Part shown: piece after piece, positions 37,806-50,300 of the stretch
How positions within the stretch are numbered: the first letter of the stretch is position 1
Layout of the letters: each line of letters begins with the position of its first letter
Assembly: GCA_028534125.1 (NCBI GenBank)
Contig: CM052824.1
Coordinates: 1,116,001-1,180,000 of the forward strand
From: Lama glama
Lineage: Eukaryota
Length of the DNA stretch: 64,000 nt
Direction of reading: 5' to 3'
The notes under the pieces: generated by a model
Seen by the model: the letters and a program-made list of their open reading frames with translations, nothing else
What the model was told of the DNA's origin: nothing
The model's database searches: none
Translations under genes and position numbers: made by a program

Positions 37806-40734
37806 ACATCTATTCCTATAGACATGACCCTGCTTCTTCCTCTTCAAACCTAGCTTGGAACCATCTCGATAAGCCTTTCCTCACACACGAGAGATGCACA
37901 TAGTACAGGGTGAAGGTAGGAAGAAGAGCAGGCACAATGGGTTTGCTGAGACTGAAAGCAAGGTCAAGTCAGAGCAGAGGAAGGCTGAGCAATACTGAGG
38001 AAGAAGGAAAATCGCTCCTGTGTGGTGTGGAAGACTTCTGGGATGGAGGGACAGCCTTCCCCTGCCTCGCCCAGAGAAGGGAGTGAAGGACCAGGGTTCA
38101 GGACTGGAAGGTGGTTTGCTGGCCACGTCAGTGCACATGTCTCCTGACACTGTTTCTCTCATCCTCTCATCCTCCAACACTGGTGAGTTTCATTTCTTTT
38201 ATGATCCAGTTCAAGTTCTTGGATCTTGATGAGATGGGACACAGAGCTAAAACAGACAAATTTTGGCTTTTGTTTTTCAAAATATTAAAGAGCTTTTAAG
38301 TCAGTGCTCCTGAACATGACCTGCCCTTGGGTCTTCTTGCATTTGGCATGCTCCCCTGTCTATGCATGGGGGAGAGGACCCACCTAGGGCGTGTTCCAAT
38401 CCTTTCAAATACATTATCACCTTCAGCAAATGTCCAAGTTTCTTGGCTCTCTTCATGTGTTTAATGACCTGGAGGAGTCAAACTGTGGAGCTCTGGGAGA
38501 AAAGGAAATACAAGAAGGGAAAAACCAGCACAGGCTGCCCCACAGGGAGAGGGAGCTATGCTTAAATAATCTTTTTCCAGATAATACATGATCAGATTCT
38601 TCATAGTCCACTATTGTATTTAGTGGGAGCTGTTGTCAACACACTCCCAAGAGCTAGCAAGCCTCCTTTCCTTTTTCTTTTTCTTTCTTTTTTTTTTTGA
38701 GGGGACAAACAGGATATTTTGCTGAAATTAGGAAGCTCAGAATAAGAATGTGGTCCCATGTTATGCACTGCCTCCCAGGGGTATCAGCAATGACATTCAC
38801 AAGAAGTGCTTGTTCTAAAACCAGTGGCATTATGCAGTAAGAGACATTCATGATAGCAGCCACCAGCTTACTTGTGCTTTGGGGTGCCTGATGCTCCCCC
38901 ACTCTACTGCCTTATCAACCTTCTTGGCATACCCCTTCTTGGGTTTCTTAATGGAGCAAGCCAACCTCTATCTCCACACACACACAGAATTTTACTTGCT
39001 GACTCTTGGAGGTGTGTTACTATGCCCTTTGGAGTAGGGAAGATTCTAAGATGGCATTCAACAGAAACTTGATTTAACCCAGCATGTCACATTAAACTGA
39101 ATAAGGTTTGTGGGACCTAGGATGGGAATTGCTGAAGAGGTGTTCTGATAACCTGATTCTTCATGCTTGAGTAAGAAAGGCTGCTGGAAGAGATGCTTTT
39201 GGAGTTTCTGAGGGGTACCCAAACCATACCATGTTGGTTGTCATCTACTCATTCAATGGGAAGCCCTCACCACTTGCCCACGACAGCTGTGGACATGCCT
39301 GTGACATACACATGTGTCAACTGCTTGCCTCTTCACCTTGTACTTCCATTTCTGCATTTCCTCCACAGCTTGCTTCACCCACTCTTCATCAGATGTTGAA
39401 TATTTTCTTATTTTTCTGTGATTTAAGCTTTAATTCTAGACCATTTAGGTTCTTTTGAGTTTTAGCCAGCATAGAACTGCTCCAAGACTAACTTCATCTC
39501 TTAAAGATTACTGACTTGATGGAAAGTTGGAAGCCTAAAGGGAACTGTAGAAAATGTTTTGACTTGTATTTTTCCAACTATCTTAGTTCTGCCAACTGAA
39601 GATCAGTGGGAAGAAAGAGAAAAGCAAATCCCTGGTTAATTCAATCCCAACAAATTTATCTATCCCAGGATCTCATTAATTAATAAATCATGTTATTCAA
39701 CAAACTTGTTGAGCACTTACTATAGACTAAGTAACATGTGGGAAGTCAGGAATACAAAAATTGCTGAGATAAAGTCCATCATAGATCAACAGATTTTGGT
39801 TGAGGTTTTTGGATTGACATTTTTTAACAATCAGGGGATTCTGACATCAGTGGTCTGAGGACAAGATTTTATGAAATGCTGGTTAGCAATGATTTAATTT
39901 TCTAAAACCTAAGTTTATTTTCAAAGTAGATACAAGTAGAGAATGTTAAGTGCCCTGTAATTTAGTCCTGTCTGCAACATAGATCTTGAGCCTGGTCAGT
40001 GAAGGTTTGGGTAAACAGAGAACAATGTTGACAATATCTCAATTGATATTAATGGCCCCAACTGAACATCTATTCGGGGTAAGAACTGTCCAGTTTAACT
40101 CTCCTGACGCCACGGATCTCTTCCTGTATGTTACCCATAACTATCCTGTTGGTTTTCCAAAAAATTTTTTAAGTGATGCTAACCCAAATGTTAAGGGGAG
40201 CAGAGGGAAAAGTGATGCTCGCATTTGCCTTAGGCACCTCAACATTACTGAAGGCAGCAGATCTGAGCGGTGTATGTAACTCTCATAGCTCATGAGAAGA
40301 AGCAGCTCTCTCCGTTTGGTCTTGGCATTGGTTTCCAATGTTCTTTCCTCTTGTCTACAATTAGAGTGTTGATTTAAGTCCCAACAAAGTACTTTAAAAA
40401 GTACAGGACACTCTGGATCTACTGAGGGCAAACAGAAAGCTCTGGTCTTCTAAGCTAGTGTCTCTTGGACGGGATGTGGAGAACCCCAGGTCGGGACTGT
40501 AAACATGCCCCAAGCAAAACAGAGTCTACGCTTTCAGATCTTGGGACAGTTGCTCGGCCAGGGCATCAGTTCAGCCCAATAACCTGCTCAGATAAAAATA
40601 TAATAGTGGTAGTGTGTTCATGGGGTATTGCATTTGATGTGTTACCGTGGAACTCTACAATCACTTAAGTATGTATGATTAAGCAAAGCGCTTTGACATT
40701 TGAGCACCTGACACTGAAGATTATGGCTTTTTGT

Positions 40735-40860
40735 AAAGGAATGACTCAAGGAGTCAGGCCTGTAATTCATGGAGCTGATATTCAGCCAGTACCCATCAGT
40801 TTCTCTCTCCTGGCTGTTCATGACGGACGCCCGCTCTGATTGGCCGGGTGTTCGTCCTGA
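40735..40860. promoter_or_regulatory. Candidate regulatory element (AP-1 + NF-Y CCAAT, local CpGs)
   Basis: TGACTCA at 40742-40748. Minus-strand GGCCAATCAG at 40836-40845 within 'gacggacgcccgctctgattggccgggtgttcg'. Confidence 0.35.
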
Positions 40861-41519
40861 TCAGTTGAGGAGCCTTTACTGGGCTTTGTGAGTTTTTGTT
40901 GCCACACGGGTGACTTGTGGTTTAGTGAAGAGGCGCCTGTGAGCTCACTCATTGTGAGTGAATGGGCCCAGCCGGCTCTCTCATCAGGTCTGAAGCAGGC
41001 GTTTATATTTTTTCAAATAGACTTCACAGAAGAATATGTTTCACAGATGTCCACAAAAAATAACAATTTTTGACGTTTTCAGATGTATTTATCAGGAACG
41101 TGAAGAATCTGGTAAATTGCAGGTGAAATCAGGCAAACGCGAGCTGTTTACACACAAGCCCGAGCACACCATGGTTACGTCCCCCGTTCTCCCCATCAGA
41201 CTTAGGTTTGTAAGGAGATTCTGCTGACCCACCCTTCGTTTAGAAACTGTGATTTCAGCAACCTACTGGGCTGGCACTAGGAATACAATGACGAAGTCAG
41301 ACACAGTCACAGTCATGTTGCAGTACCTACACGTGTAACATTTTTCTGCCGTTCCCCTCAGTGTCACATGACTGCCATTGTGGCTGCCGCCGGTGCTAGC
41401 CTCTCTCACGACGCGTGTTGGCCAAACCCCCCACTACTGTTCTCACCCTCTCAGAAACAAACACTTAGTCCATCTGTGTGCTTCTCCAGATTGATCAAGT
41501 GATTACTATGTTATAGGCA

Positions 41520-41710
41520 TTGTTTGAAACATTTTATATCCATCACTTAGCATAATCTACCCAGTAGTGCTGGGAGAGGGGTACTGCTACCAAACCCACC
41601 TTGCAGGTGGGTGAGCTTAGTCTCATAGAACTTCAATACCTTGATCAGGTTACAGAATTGACACAGATAAAGCTGCAATTCAAATTCAGGCAGTCTTACT
41701 TCAAAGCTGG
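41520..41710 (-). mobile_element. MIR SINE
   Basis: 'cattttatatccatcacttagcataatctaccc...caggtgggtgagcttag...accttgatcaggttacagaattg...aattcaaattcaggcagtct'. Confidence 0.65.
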
Positions 41711-41954
41711 TAAACACATAATTATTTCTCAAATTGAATCAACATTGAGTAAATAAATTGTAAATATTAAGCAACTGAAGTTAGTGTGTGCATGGTATGT
41801 GATTTCCTTTGTTTAACTGCTGAGAGTCTGGGTGAAAGTCACTGACTTTCCTGGTTAAAGGAGATCTTAGGGATCTCAGAGAGGAACCAAGAAGCAGCCC
41901 TTCACCGCGTCTCTGACTGAGGACCACTCCGCTGGAGGCCAACAGCGGGCTGCG

Positions 41955-42456
41955 TGCTGCACAGGGCTCTCCAGGGAAAGAACCAACAGGCTAGTTGTAT
42001 ATTATTTGAAGAGATTTATTATAGGAATTGGCTTACATGATTATGGAGGCTGAGAAGTCCCACAATTTGCTGTCTGCCAGCTAGAGAACCAGGGGAACCA
42101 GTGATGTAATGGAGCACCAAGTTGGAAGGCCTGAGAATCCAGGGCTGGTGATGTACATTCCACTCTGAGTCTGAAAAATTCCAGAACCAGGAGGCCAATA
42201 TCAAGGGCAGGAGAGGACAGTTGCCTCCCCTCAAGCAGAGAGAAGGAATTCACCTTCCGCTGTCTTTTTGTTCTATTCAGCCCCTCAGAGCATTAGATGG
42301 TTCTCCCCTGTCTCGGTGAGCGTGACCTTATCTTAGTCTACTGACTCAGTGCCAGCCTCTTCCAGACACACACTCATGGACACATCCAGAAATCATGTTT
42401 TACCTGCTATCTGGGCATCCCTTAGCCCAGTCAAGATGACTCACAGAATTAACCAC
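41955..42456 (-). mobile_element. MLT2 (ERVL) solo LTR, MLT2B-like
   Basis: 'cagggctctccagggaaagaaccaacagg...gagatttattataggaattggcttacatgattatggaggctgagaagtcccaca...ctagagaaccagg...gacacatccagaaatcatgttttacctgctatctgggcatcccttagcccagtcaagatgactcacagaattaaccac'. Confidence 0.92.
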
Positions 42457-42760
42457 TTTGCTCCTGGAAATTCACTCTGAAGGCTGTTTTCCTCTTGAGG
42501 CACTGAGATACTCCACGCAGTGACTTTCATTCATCGGGCCCCTTCTCTCTTCTAGAGGGCTCCAGAGAAAGTCCACTCCATCTCACCAGGCCCTCTTTCA
42601 TGAATGGCTCTGAATTTTCTCTCTTATAGTCCGTTTTCAGATCTGTCACGGATGCCTGTGGCCAAGTGTCCCACAGATGGGATTCACATCACTTACCTTC
42701 ACAGAAGTGTTTTCCTTTTTGATTATAATATAGCTAATATTTAAAAGCTGGGGCATTTTT

Positions 42761-42930
42761 AGATTATACTGTATAGCACAGGGAAATATATACAGGATCT
42801 CATGGTGGCTCACAGTGAAAAAATGCGGTGAATATATGCATGTTCATGTATAACTGAACAATTGTGCTCTACACTGGAATTTGACACATTGTAAAACGAC
42901 TATAACTCAATAAAACATGTTTAAAAAAAT
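42761..42930 (+). mobile_element. 5'-truncated camelid-type L1 3' end with TSD
   Basis: 'gattatactgtatagcacagggaaatatatacaggatct...aactcaataaaacatgtttaaaaaaat'. It is flanked by an 18-bp imperfect TSD, aaaagctggggcattttt (42743-42760) / aaaagttgggagattttt (42931-42948), at a TT/AAAA site. Confidence 0.9.
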
Positions 42931-44479
42931 AAAAGTTGGGAGATTTTTCTGTAAAATGGTGGAACCCCATCTTCCCTGGATGAGGATGCTCTCTGAAGGG
43001 CTTTACCCACTGTCCAAGTAACCACGCTCCACTGGACAGGGCGTCTCCTCCTCTCAAATCCCGCTCAGTGAGTCCGCATCCTGCTTACACTTTAATTTTT
43101 CTTAAGAAAAGAGTTAATATTTCCTGAACCCATTTTGCTGTCAAAGGATGGGTGAAGAAAGAAGAACCAAGTCAACGTTTTTAAGAAAAATTGGAACAAG
43201 ACTAATTCTTCAAGGCACTGAAAACTGTTCACCATCCCTGGCCTGCTCTGCTCACCTTTAGTACGTGCTGGTCTCCTAGAAGGCTTTTGAGTTCATGATC
43301 TGGGCTTTAACTTTGTTTTTCCTGTAAGATGTTTGCCGAGCTTCTAAGCGTTGTTCTTACCCTCTCAGAAACACTGCGGTCTGCGTGCTTCTCCAGATGA
43401 GTTTCAACCAGCACACAAGGCATGGGTCTTTGACCTAGAATGTCAGTTTGGCCCTTCAAATTCAACTTGCCTTTTCTCTGTTTTCCCAACCATATCTTTT
43501 TTTTTTTTTTTTGTCTCCTTACTAGATGTTAAGTGTTAAGACCAAGAGGTGGCACTTATCCAGGTAAATTTTCTTTGAGGCTTACAGAAAAGTGATAAGG
43601 AGAAGAATCTTCAAGATGTGACATGTGGCAAGGCCAGGCCAGGGTCAGGTTTGAAAAGGCAAAATGCAGAATGTCCCTGTTGGCTTTCTCAGCCAAGGTG
43701 TCAGGATGTCATGAACCAAATTGGAATCTCCATACAGCATCTTCAGGCATTGTATTTTTAGGAGAAAAAAAATAGTGGTCTTTAATAACTATAACTGGGC
43801 AAGAGCTCATCTTTATGGCCCATTATATTGATAGAAAGAGCAACTAATGACCCCTTATTAAAATCTAAAGCTGCCAATTATTTTATTATTGTTATTTAAT
43901 ATCTATTGAATTCTAGCTGTAATTTTACCCAGTTGGGCCTCCGGATGTAATGTCTTAGTTGGTGTGGAATTAATTTAGGCTTCTTTACGGACGGATATCA
44001 ACACGCTTTCTTCAGCCTGGGCAATCTTTCACTCCTTCCAACGCACACACATACTCACACACCCACCAGACAGACACAGATCTCTTTTTCTCCTTGGTGC
44101 ACTTCATTTTCTCTATAACTTCTATAACAGAAAGAATGGAGTGAACTTGCTAGAAGAATAAACATGACTTTATTCGAATCAGTTGTTGAAATCAGATTCT
44201 TTTAGCTCTTTTACATCGACTAAAGGTATAGAATTTGTTTTCTAACTATGGTATTTTATTTAAAAGGAAGTCAAATTTTGTCCTCTCATTTCCTGAATTT
44301 TATTCCCATGGAGCAATGACTGATTAACATACTTCAGGGAAAAGAAACCAAGGCAGGACCACCATGCCTTCCACCTGAAGAGACGAGCCAGCATGCCCAT
44401 GGCACACTGCTGCTTTGGGTGGTGTAAGAAAGGTCCAACTCATTTTGAGACTTTATCTGCAGAAGCAGCAGCCACGTTT

Positions 44480-44865
44480 TTATCTCAGCCCCTGCCCCAG
44501 GCAGCCATAATGTACTTTCTATCTCTGTATATTTTTCTTTTTCTGGCCATTTGACATAAATTGAATTATATATGTGTCTTCCAGTGCTGGCTTCTTTCAC
44601 TAAGCCTAATTCTTTTGAGATTTGTCCCTGTCTGAGCATACAACAGTAATGTGTTCCTTTTTATCACCAAGTAGTATTTCGTTGTATAAACATACCACAT
44701 TTGGTCAATCCAGTCACCAGCTGATGGACAATTAGGTTGTTTCCCAAGTTTGAATATTGTGAGCAATGTGGCTAAGACTATAAGTGTTGTGCAAATCTGG
44801 GTGGATGTGTACTTTCACTTCTCTTAGGTAAATGCCTGGGAGTGGAAACCCTGGGCCATATGAGC
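44480..44865 (-). mobile_element. Old L1M ORF2 C-terminus/3' UTR fragment
   Basis: ORF 44566-44766 (-) TIFKLGKQPNCPSAGDWIDQMWYVYTTKYYLVIKRN matches the L1 ORF2p C-terminal motif (TIAK.WKQPKCPS..EWI.KMWYIYTMEYYSAIKKN). Confidence 0.9.
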
Positions 44866-44889
44866 TAGTGAATTATAGTGGGGGAGGGA

Positions 44890-45110
44890 GGGAGCAAAGT
44901 CTTTGAATTCAGGCAGATTGCAATTTTAGCTACAACTCTTGTATGACACTGTGTTTCTCTATGACTCTTTAAGTTTTTTCATCCATAAAATGGAGATGGA
45001 GTAACTATCACATTGGTTTATTGTGAGATGAAAATGATGAACTAGAAGTTAAATTCCCAGTCTAGAGCCAGGCACGTGGAAGTTACCCAGTATTTGCTAG
45101 CTATTGTTAA
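44890..45110 (+). mobile_element. MIR SINE
   Basis: 'tctttgaattcaggcagattg...tttttcatccataaaatggagatgg...ttattgtgagatgaaaatga...agagccaggcacgtgg'. Confidence 0.7.
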
Positions 45111-47349
45111 TACAACATCATAATCAGGAAGGAAGAGTTTAAGATTATAATTCTTCTAAAATTATCAGAGCAAAGAGTAACCATGTCTCAGGCCAGGCTT
45201 AACCATCTACTCCTTGTGGACATGGGCAGACACTTAATTTTTCGAGCCTTCAGTTTCCTAATCTGTGTAATCCACCCCTCAGGGTGGCCTGAAGGATTTG
45301 GTGGGAGCATGTGGGTGAAAGACACTAGCACAGGTCCAGCCCGCTTTAGACGCTTAGTCAAGGGGGACATCATAATTAAAATGGTGCCTAGTACTCACTG
45401 AACGTCTTTAATATGCGAAGCCCTATGAAGCTATCAGATGGGGTCTTCCCAATTATCTGCGAGGCGAGACCCAGGCTGGCAGACTCCCCTTTTCATAGGT
45501 GAGAAAACCTTAGCTTTCAGAGACTGAGGAGATAAGAGGCAGAGCAAGGACCAAGCTGTCTGCCTCCAAAACCACAATCTTGACCATTTGGCTCTAACGT
45601 CCTGTGCTGTGCAATAAGAAATGAGCTCAACCCCCCGACTCCCAGGCTGCGTGGGCTCTGTAAGGCAAATGTGCTCTGTGAAGTGTGATTTCTTAAATCA
45701 GGTTAAACCTAACCTCGCCCCTCCTCCCTATCTCCTTGTCCACTCAATAGAGTTGTTGGGAAATCCAATCTCAGTCAATCGTCTGGGGTCCCTCTCTGTC
45801 TGAAGATTGTGTAAGAATCCGGGAGTTTACACAACCAAGAACTTAAGAAACTGTGGAGGATGGAGGAGTCTTTAACCCTCTGGCTTTCAGTGCATCGTGA
45901 TCACTGCTGAAATGCACAATAATCGTGACAGTCCAAGACCACCACATTTTTGCCCATGACGTCCACCTCTTCTATTCTCACAGCCTGTCCCTGGAGACCC
46001 ACCCTGCATGACTTCCGAGGCCTCTGTACTTACTGTTCCTTTCCCATCTTCAGTCTTCACACCTTGAGCAGGACAGAATCTCGTCTTCTCCTTCTGTTTT
46101 CAAACAAACCCTCACAGAGTCTTAGTTTGGCAAAGACCTCTCAACTCTGGGAGGCTAAAACCACCAAATTCTACAGCCTTGGCTGCCCCCTTTTAAAAAG
46201 CATTGGGGAAAAAAATAGGTTCCCAACAGTTCATAGTAAGCCTGTAAGGCACACAGTTAATTTTCAGTGTGGTTATTCTGCCACATTAATTTCTCAATAA
46301 ATCATTGTGCTACAAGTATGCTGGGTATTTGAAAAAGTGGATTAGAGGGTGAGCTGACACTCTGCTGGTATTTCACATTTCAGGAAGGGGTCTAGCATTT
46401 CCCTACATCTTTGATTCCTAGTATACAAAACGATGATATTGCGACAGAAAGTGTGTCTCCGGATCCCCGCTAGTCCCTGGAGCTACCGTTAGGAATAGTT
46501 GCTGGGGCGAGTGTTAAGTCTAAATAGTGCAGTTTTTAAAAAAAACATTTTCCCCCTTAATTTCCCATTTTCCTTTTCCTAGGTATATTTCTTTGTTTCC
46601 CCAATTATATTTAGAAACACAATTAAAAAGTGTCAAAATACGTGCCAAAGTTGCTAATTATATAATTAAAAGAATACAAAGCAGCCATGGAAAGGGTAGT
46701 TTAAAAAAAAAAAAACTCACTTGTTCCAATTAGGAAATAATGAAAAGTCCTGCACCCAGGCTCCCACTATCCTCTGTCCCAGCTTCCCCTTTGGAGGGCG
46801 CCGCGCCCCGGCAGCAGTGTTCCCGGGAGACGCTGCAGGGTCACTGGGCTCAGCCTGGCAGGCTGGTGTGTTTGCCTCACCTGAGGTCTGGAGTGAGGGT
46901 CAGGAGCCAGGGGGTCGGTTGTCCTGGGAAGGGACGCCAGGGTTTCAAATGAAAACTCTCACCCCTTTTGGAGACCGTGTCGCCTGATCCCGATAACCTG
47001 TCCAGCTCTGTAAACTGTATGTGGGATTGGGGCGATCCTAGCGAGAAATCTGCTCAGCGTCTCTTTCATCACAAATGTGTCTCTTTATCTGAAAGAGCTT
47101 TAAAATAGGTGTTTTAACAGCATTTTAGGAAGTCTAGGCCTGAGCAGGTGATATCTTTCCCCAAAAGGTTATCTCCCCTCCGCACAGAAAAGTTGGTGAA
47201 CATTGGAGGAGCTGCATTTAATAGATTTATTTAGCCCTCATTAAAGTTCAGGAAAAAATACTGCCTGCCTCCCTGCCTGCCTTGGTCCTTCCTTCCTTTT
47301 TCTTTTCTCTCCCTTTTCTCCCCCTCCTCCTTCATTCAAATGCCTTGTT

Positions 47350-50300
47350 TTTAAATGAAAAATGTTCTAATTAAATACTAAGCACAGAAGAATATTTGCA
47401 ATCTATGAGTATGGTTTGGAAACTAAAAATAAACACCATGTAACTACCACACTGCTGCATGAATAGAACACACGGACATTTTTGAAGTTCCTTGATACTC
47501 CTCCTGTCTCCCAGGAGTTAATCACAATCCTAAATTTTATGTCCTGTATTTCCCTATTTATTTTTTGTAGGTTGCTACACACGTATTTCTCCCTGAACGA
47601 TATATTGTATTGTTTAGATCCAGTAATTTATACCATAGATATAATTTGCTTTTCTCATCTAACATCATGTTTCTGAAGCCCATTCATGTGAGTGCCTACA
47701 GATAAATCTCATGTATTTTCACTACATGTATTCTATACTACATTATTGTGCATGTCTTCTTATTTATACTTGCAAAAAAAAGTGCAGAAGTGATCAAACT
47801 TTCTGGTCTCACGACCCCTTTTCACTCTGGAAAATTGTTGAGGACACCTAAGAGCCTTGTTTATGTAGATTATATCTATATATTTTTGTCTTATTAGAAA
47901 TTAAAATTCAACAATGTTCACATTTTATTAATTTATTTAAAACTAATAATAATCTCATTACATGTTAATACTAATAACATTTTTACAAAGAATGACTATT
48001 TTTTAAAACAAAGATAAATAAATGAAAAGAGTGACATTATTCTAAATTTTAAAAAATCTTTTCATGTCTGACTTTAAGGAAAACAACTAAGTTCTCGAAG
48101 CTGTGCTTCATTCAGTTTGTTGGGGTTATAGTTTTGGTTGAAGATTTTGAGAAAAATCTGGTCTTGTACAAGTATGTGGTTGGACAGGAGAGGACTTGCA
48201 GACAGCCTGGAAGAACTCTCGGATCACACTTTGAGAACCACTGCCTGGGAGCTGAACTGCTTTCCAAAATCATCTCAAATTGGTTTGAATAGTGGTCGCA
48301 TCAATTTATACTCTTGTCAGTATGTTCTAATTGCCCATGTCCCTGGAAACATCTAACACTGTCAGGCTTTTATATCCTTTAAAATCTGTTGGGTAGGAAA
48401 TGGTATCATATGATGGGTTTCACTTTGATTATCTGATGAGTAATGAGCTGACTACCTTGGGGCTAAGCATGTTTCTTCCTACATACAATGCTAGTCAAAT
48501 CTTCTGATCATTTTAATATGTATCTTTTTATTGATTTGTTCTTTTTATATTCTGGATGTCATTCCTTTGTTATTTCTATATATATTGCAAATATATGCTT
48601 CCATTTTTTGGTTTCTTTTTTTTTCTCTTTATGCTAACTTTTGATGAACGGTTATAAATTTTAATGAAGAGAAATGTATCAGCCATTACCTTTATGATCT
48701 GTCCTTTTGATCCTATCCCAGGGTCATACAAATATTCTCCAAAACTTCTTCCGAAAGATTTTGGTTTTTTACCCCCCTCACATTTCAGCCATTAGGCCAC
48801 AAAAATTGTGTATGTTGTGAGGCTGGATTTTTGCATATCTATAACCATGAGTCCCATACTAATTTATTGAATTATCCATGCTTTCCCCATTGGATTGCAT
48901 TGCCAGGTTTTGCACATCAAATATCATATTCTTTGGGGTCTGTATCTGGGTTCTCTATTGAATCCACTCATCTATTTGTCTGTTTCTGACCAATACCATA
49001 ATATCTTCATCACTTTAGTTCTAATAAGTCTTGGTATATGATAATGCTGATCACTCCGACTTCTTCAGGAACATCTTGGACAGTTTTTGTTCTCTTATTT
49101 TCCCATATGAATTTCAGAATCACATTACTCATCCTCTACGCATGAGGGAGAAAACCTTGGAAATTTAGTCAGCATTGCACTGAATCTGCAGATCAAATTG
49201 GGGAGGATTGATGTCTTTATGAAATTAGGTCTCCCTATCCTTGAATATGGTATACCTCTAAATTTAGGGGTCTTCATTAATATCCCTTGAATAGATGTAA
49301 GGTTTTGTTCCACAAAGTTCTTGCATATGTTTTGTTAGATTGGATCCCCGGGTCCCTTATATTCTGTGCTGTTAATATGAGTAATATTCTTTTAAAACTT
49401 TGTATTTTTAATTATTACCAGTATAGAGAAATGTAACTAGCTCTTTTCATAGCTGGCATTTTAGTAAACCTTTTTATTAATTCTAACAATTTCTGGGTAA
49501 TAGTCTTTTAGATCTTTGTATATTGCTATATTTTCAGTATATTATATTTATACTTTTTCTTTTCTAATCCTTGTCTTTTTTTTTTTTTTTTTTGGTCTTA
49601 CTACATGGATAAGAGCCTTAACTATAATAGAAGAGTTGAAAGCTGGCATTTTTCAGGTAATTGATTTTAAAGAAAACATTTTAAAGTTTTACCATTAATT
49701 ATCATAATTGTAGTAGATTGTAATAGAATTTTTTGCAGATGTCCTGCATCATTTTAAGAAAATCCCTTCTCTCTTTCTATTGTTTAGGGATTTTTTCATG
49801 AATAAAATTTGAATATCATCAAAAGTTTCTGCATCTTGAGAAGATTTTATGTTTCTTTCCCTTTTAATCTGCTAAATATAATAAAGTTATGTGTTAATGG
49901 AATTTCTAATGTTGACTCACATTTGTATTTCTATAATAAGCATACAATGTATTTGATATATTTTCTTTTTTATACATAAGGAAGTTCTGTTTGTTAGTTT
50001 TGTGTTGGGATTTTGGCATCTACGCTCATGTGTGAGATTGGCTGGTGATTTGCCTTGTTCAAACAGTCCTTGTCTGGTGTTACTTTTCAGTTTACACTAA
50101 AAATTTCATAAGATGACTTGGGGGCATATTCTTTCCTCTTCTATTCTCTGCCAGATTTTTTGTGCAGAAATTATGTGTTCCTTGAAAGTTCAGTATAATC
50201 ATTCTGTAAAATTACTTGAAATATAAAATTTTCTTGGTGGGGAATTTTTAACCTCTGTTTTAATTTCTTTAACAGCTAAAGGACTATGTATGTTCACGCT

